The position numbers and the translations under genes were made by a program. Of a DNA stretch of 64,000 bases, positions 58,006-64,000 are shown in pieces. The DNA comes from Octopus vulgaris (lineage: Eukaryota). The stretch's first letter is position 1. The number at the start of each line of letters is the position of its first letter. Location: contig OX597820.1 of assembly GCA_951406725.2 (NCBI GenBank), forward strand, positions 52,142,001 through 52,206,000, in the 5' to 3' direction. The notes below the pieces were generated by a model, which saw only the letters and a program-made list of their open reading frames with translations, had not been told where the DNA came from and made no database searches.

Positions 58006-59149
58006 CATACAAACATACATACATGCATACATACATGCATACATACATACATACATATATGTATTTTTAGAATAAAAACACCTGTTAACTATTTAAAAAA
58101 AAATTATCACTCCATTCTTCTATCCACTCTTCTGTTTGACAATAGTATTCCCATCTACCTAAAATTTTGCAGATATTGTAATTTTGATTTCAAATTTTAC
58201 TTGTTTGTGGGCTGTTGTTTAAAAAAGTTTCTGATCACTGGTTTATTTGGGAAGACTAATAAGTTGTGTGTTGAACAACGTATTACATAATCGTATTGAT
58301 GATCTGCATAGTGAATACCTCACTACTTACGTCACAATAATGGATTTTTATGAAACAGTTGTAACAGTAACAAATAAAGCTTTTGTGTGCTTTATTTTGC
58401 TTTTACGCCATGTTTAATCTTCCATTCATCTTTGTATACTTTTGGTGTTTAGGATTGCCAAACAGCTGTGCAATTCCCTTCATCGATGCATCTCATACTA
58501 AGTGTTAATACATATTCATTTCATAAGAATAGTAGAAGAGCGTCAAAATGTTAATTGACTTAAAGCCAAATGGAAATAAATCCAAATGGAAATAAGAGGG
58601 TTAAACGAATCTGATATTTGTTAGTTAAGGTTGCGACGCTGGACATGTTTCTATTCCATCAGAGATACGTACACAAAGCACCACAAACAGAGAATCGATT
58701 GATAATTATTTTCAGTAATTAAATTAGGTATATTAGCTCGCAATTAATTTACTAATGGCTCTTTATGCACAAGGCACCATAGGGAGAATTTCTGATAAAA
58801 TTGTGAAATCATCTTATCAGCTAAATTATTTTAACGCTACTAATGTTTAATATATACCCACCGAGTGATTTAATTTTCTAGGCCGTACTCTTTTGAATAT
58901 GTGTTATTGTTGTTGCTTTAGTTTATTATAACTGAAGCGTATCAGAAAGGAGAAGAAAAATCATATTCACTCCACTTCGTTTATCAGTATAAATTGCGGT
59001 ATAATATGGTGGTAATGGCTGACGACAGATTGACAGATGCATGGAGCACCACAAAGATATTTGACTCGGCAACTCTTCATCTATCATTCGATATTTCCGA
59101 TCTACTAGCCATACGAGCCAGCGCTTTCAGCGTAACGAGTACATGGGGA

Positions 59150-60200
59150 ACCCACTACTAACTCCAAGCTTTTACATATTCCGATCAGAATAATCCACCT
59201 CAATTCTTACATTTTTATCACCCCTGTTCTATCACTATACCACTTTAACTTTGACTATTTTCCTCTCTTTCACACTCGTTCCCAGGCACTTGAGTCACAC
59301 TCAAATCTAAATCACATCACATACACCAACACGTTTCCACATTCGCACACATCTCTCATATACCCATATGCAACCTCTTATCTCCGCTACAACCCTCTTT
59401 ACTTGACACACCCACATACGCCAGCATGTTGACACACACATGCCCAAATACATCGTTATATTGAGAGACACATGCTCTAAGATATCAAAATTTCGCTCAG
59501 ATACCTTCACACATATAATCATTTCCAACCATTTCCACTCCAGAAACGTTTCTTCTTTCACACTCACCCATAAGCACTCTACAAAATTGTTTCCGCTTAA
59601 GCATGTCTCTCCCACAATCCTGAATACCTTCATACTACCAGTATCTACCACTATCCTGCGCACCTTCACACATCATCTCTTCACCAGCTCTCTCAAACAT
59701 ATACCCCAGCACAGCAGTGTTTGTCATTTTTGATCAGTGATTCCACCGAATACTCATCTTTTATTGACCCCATTTGTTTATTTACTTTGTGTTTGTTTCC
59801 TCACTGTTTTCCTATGTGTTTCCCTCCTTCCGCTTTGTAATCTGTACACTTACTTCCATCACGTTTTCTTGTACATCCAATTGCTGTATTTTCCTTCTAT
59901 GACTGAACTAAAATATTATTTTTTGCAACAATATTACATTGTACCATCTTGCTCCCCTCTTCTTCATAACTTTCGTCCAATGGAATTATATGTTACAGAC
60001 TTCACGGTCCATCATAGCATTACGGAGGTCCTGTTGCTGGATGCCTGTATCCCTGGAGATTACATCAGGGTAGGACAGTGTGCGCCCTCTGGTATTGCGA
60101 GTAGATGGCTTCCAGAGGAGAAAGTAGAAATTACTTCTTTTTCAGCTCTACAACAATGTCCAGCAAACTGGACTCTCCTACCTTTCACATCACAGATGAC
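59150..60200 (+). mobile_element. Possible highly decayed Neptune/Poseidon-type PLE remnant
   Basis: Weak motifs FLHFYHPCSITI and FTVHHSITEVL..RRK*KLLLFQLYNNVQQTGL; C/A-rich strand bias. Confidence 0.25.
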
Positions 60201-60215
60201 ACAGGTGGTAGTTTC

Positions 60216-60690
60216 CACTATACTTTTGTACACGTACACAACTGATTACACACATACAAACACATACAAACACACCCAGACATACAAGCACACACAAACA
60301 CACACATACACGCATGTACCCAATAAAAGTTAATAGCGTGGCAAGTTGAGAAAGTCTTTTCCAGATGATGATATGTATGACCCAAGATATTTATAATCAG
60401 AAACCATATTTAAAGGCGCAATTCTTCATAACTTTCGTCCATATTACACTATCTTACATATACACGTTTATTCCACACACTTATCTCACCCTCTGGTTGC
60501 TCTTAATCTCGCAACCAATCCCATTTCTGCTGTTGCCTCGCAGAAACTTAACAATGGCACACACATGCACCATCATTTCACATCACAATAACATGAGCCA
60601 CTATACTTTTGTACATGTACACAACTGATTACACATATACAAACACATACAAACACACCCACACATACAAGCACACACAAACACACACAC
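60216..60690 (+). repeat. ~95 bp direct repeat pair
   Basis: CCACTATACTTTTGTACA.GTACACAACTGATTACACA... at ~60216 and ~60598. Confidence 0.9.
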
Positions 60691-60771
60691 AAACAAACAA
60701 ACACACACCTCGAAATAATTCCCCCAACGCTCTCACCTTATACCCCAGTCAAAACACGGAGACACACACAC

Positions 60772-60819
<48 letters not shown>

Positions 60820-60820
60820 T

Positions 60821-60879
<59 letters not shown>

Positions 60880-61132
60880 CGATCGTTCCACCCTTGTCAA
60901 TTCCCATAGAATCTCGTTCACCCCTGGCACCAAACCTACTTCCGTTTGTTTCTCTTCCCAGTAAATTTTCTTCTTTCACACATCTTCTCAACATTCATTG
61001 TATATCTTACTTATCATAAAGTTATAAGCGTCCGCAAAGTAACTACTCATTGTTCTGTTTTAAGTCTTAATCTGAAACAACACTTGTCCAAACTTGTCAC
61101 TTCTGAGTTATCTATTTATTTGTTTTATTATA

Positions 61133-61500
61133 TAGGGCGTTGCATAAAGAGCGCCGATTTTGAATTGGGTGACACTTTTGTCTTTTGAAGTTTGAAGGCT
61201 TGCTAACTCTCGTCACTCCGATCAACATGTTTTTCTTTGTTTTTTCATAATAGTGTGCTGTGTTATAGTGCAGTTACAACAGAGCAACGCGTTTTCATTG
61301 AGAAGACATTTTACCGAAACGGAGAAAGTGCGACGCAAACAGCTCGAACACATCGTACCATTTTCGGGGAAAATGAAGCACCCGACAAGTCTCAGGTTCG
61401 CAGACTAATGATGAAGTTTAAAACAACTCGTTCAGTTGCAACAGACAAATCTCCTGGGCGGAATCTTTCTTGCCGGAGGGAACAAAAACGTACAATGCGA
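61133..61500 (+). mobile_element. Tc1/mariner-superfamily transposon 5' fragment, DUF4817-like HTH
   Basis: TTEQRVFIEKTFYRNGESATQTARTHRTIFGENEAPDKSQVRRLMMKFKTTRSVATDKSPGR; probable terminus TA-TAGGGCG. Confidence 0.85.
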
Positions 61501-62814
61501 AGGAATGAACAATGCCAGCTGTATCATTAAAACATAGAGAGGTATCTATTTGGATAATCAGGGATTAAGGCAGTGGGGTGGGGGGGAAATGTTCCAAAAG
61601 TTTTATAAAATAGGAGTGTGAAATTAGTAGACAAAGAGAGGAATTAATTCTTTAGGAAAAGAATTAAGGAGGGTCATAAAGATGATAATTACGGTTAAGG
61701 GGAGGTAATGACTTGGGAAGTGACCTAAATTGGGAGAGTATGAAATAAACTCTAACATCCACTGTACCTAAGCAGTGAGCTGACTAGCCAATCAAACAGC
61801 TGGCTACACATTCCATAATTCATGCAGCCTAGTAGTCATATGGATCAGTATAAGTACAAATCCCTAAATTGATTAAATGATTGCAATTTAATTACTTGCT
61901 AATTATTATTATTGTTACAGATGCAGGCTCATACAACATTTTGCTCAATCATACTCAATACATATTATTATATCATGATTATTATTTTTATCCTTATATC
62001 AACCCATGCTTGGATGTATAGATATGGGAGTTTCCACAATTTTTTCTTCCATGCATGTATTAATACACCTAACAGCAATAATACTTCGTAGAAAAGCGCA
62101 AACTACAATGCACATGCACATGCAAATACAAACTAAAAGAGGTGTGAAGTTGATATTAAAGTGTTAAATAAATTTTTGTTATGCGGAAGGGCCGGTTATT
62201 GAAATGAGTAAAACAAATAGGGGTCTCCAATAAATGGAATTAATCCCATGCTGACCGAAATTAGATTAAAACTGAAATAAAAATAAGTGAAACAAGCCAT
62301 CAAATTGTATAGAAAAGTAAAGTTAGTTGCATAAAAAGCCAAAATGATTCATTAAGGTGGCAGGTCAAGGTTCCATTTGGGTGAGGTAATGGTAGGGGAA
62401 TAGATATTTGTGCACTCAATAGTCTAAATTAAGTTAAGAGTTAATAGGACTGGTGTCATATAATTAAAAGGGGGTGAGAAGACTGTATTGAGGAATCTTA
62501 AATTAATAAAATATATTATATAATTTAGTTATTATGTGTGGGAGGGGAAATTTTAAACTCGGGTAGGTTTGTTGTAGGTAATACTGGATTACTTATAAGA
62601 GGCCTAGGTATGTAAGTCGATTAAACTAGCTTTAATTGGAAGCAGATATATGCCATCATTTAGTATCGAATTCTGTTATTTCTATGGTGGAGAGCTCTGG
62701 GTGCTCTTTGTGGGGATGATGGAAATAGGGTCCCTATTACGATTTATATCTAGAGGAGGTAAATTTACATTTGTGCAGGCAAGCTTTATTTTCTCTTCTC
62801 TAAAGTTATGTAAT

Positions 62815-63041
62815 GGGAGTCGGGCTTCTCATACGAGAAATTTTTCATTAATGCACAAATGACTTTTCTTATTTATTTGCATTGCACGAAGAGGAATTTT
62901 CATTCTAAAACAAATATGATAGCTTTATCTTTAAGCTCCCAAATATATTTTTCTTCATCCGGTCGAGTTAATCTTATTTCTGTTTCTGAAAGTGTGTTGG
63001 TTTGCAGCTAATCTTCGTTTCATTTCATTTTGGGTATCTCT

Positions 63042-63128
<87 letters not shown>

Positions 63129-63760
63129 TTTTACTAAGCTGTGTTGTGACTGTGCATTGGTAAATTACATCTTTCCATTTAAAAATATTTTCACTGGCGC
63201 AGTTATCTTTATTCCTGAAGTCACATAGGTTGTGCTATGGGGGAGAATTACTGCTGGGTTGGTGTGATGCGTATTATGATCGATAGGGTTATTATGGTTC
63301 TTGGTATTATCATTACTAGGTTTGGGGTGTTTATGGTGGGGGGGTTATTACTATTGTTATTATTGTTACTGTTATTAATGTTACTTCCATCTTCAAACTG
63401 ACAGATTATAGCTAATTGCATTTGTTATCTTTAATTATTACTCGAACAGTAATAAAAATGTCTAGTGTTTTATTATTTAGGGAGGAAATGCTACTAGCTA
63501 AGTTATGTGTAAGAAGGTAACCTATCTTTAGTATTTTAATATTAATAATTTCCGAATACCTGCTATTCTTATCAAAGTGTTTATTTATAATTTTAAATAT
63601 AGATTTAACTAAGTTCGTTTTAATTAGGATTACATACGGGAGAATAAGCCAATTAATATCTTTCGTTTTTCGAGTAATCTTACCGTACGACGCAATTATA
63701 TGGCTGTTCGAGTGACAAATGCTATGTTTGTGCTTATTTGTATTAAGCATCTTATTATCT
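62815..63760 (-). mobile_element. Decayed Naiad-like Penelope element: linker and GIY-YIG endonuclease
   Basis: KDINWLILPY..IKTNLVKSIFKIINKHF....YSEIIN...LKIGY...NLASSISSLNNKTL; CDFRNKDNC...DVIYQCTV; YIRDTQNEMKRRL...HTFRNRNKINSTG; KYIWELKDK; HLCINEK. Stops and frameshifts present. Confidence 0.85.
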
Positions 63761-64000
63761 ATGCTATGCATGAACACTAGGTTTCTGCTTATCATGGTTT
63801 GAGTTATTGTTGTTGTCATCGTGATTAGTGATACTATTGGAAGCATTCATTCTTGGCTTCGTTCTCATCATTTTATTATTATATTTATTGCTATAATTAC
63901 TGTTATAATTGGTGTTGTAAGTTCCATTCTTGTTAGTGTTGGGGACTATAAGTTTCTGCGCTTTATTACTTAATTTAGAAATATTGCTATACTCTTTATT

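Noticed and set aside
59737-60333. Longest ORF (198 aa) as a gene
   Set aside because: Non-ATG start, low-complexity CA-rich tail, no recognisable domain; at most decayed retroelement sequence.
62815-63240. In-frame TGA codons as selenocysteine, as known for some Naiad PLEs
   Set aside because: The TGAs fall at positions expected to be Leu, Trp or non-conserved, not Cys, and the copy is frameshifted; I recognised no SECIS element.

Overview
AT-rich, microsatellite-dense eukaryotic DNA with no supportable protein-coding exon: an intergenic desert or large intron. The repeat families and the (TA)/(CA)/(GATA)/(AAT) load suggest an octopus (coleoid cephalopod) genome; this is my recognition, not a search result. 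Almost all supplied ORFs are microsatellite artefacts or decayed transposon pieces. Recognisable content: three tRNA-derived SINE families, two Dong/R4-clade RT fragments plus a Dong/R4 3' end sitting in (AAT)n, a CR1-group LINE 3' end sharing its tail with one SINE family, several Tc1/mariner transposase remnants, a decayed Naiad-like Penelope element (PLE) GIY-YIG region, and an unclassified ~555 bp element flanked by (AAT)n. The most interesting signal is a set of at least five short non-coding inserts with hammerhead-ribozyme (HHR) cores of the PLE pseudo-LTR type. Two form long fold-back palindromes next to (TA)n. In one tandem pair, each copy has a different ribozyme half inverted in place, leaving a permuted HHR on both strands.
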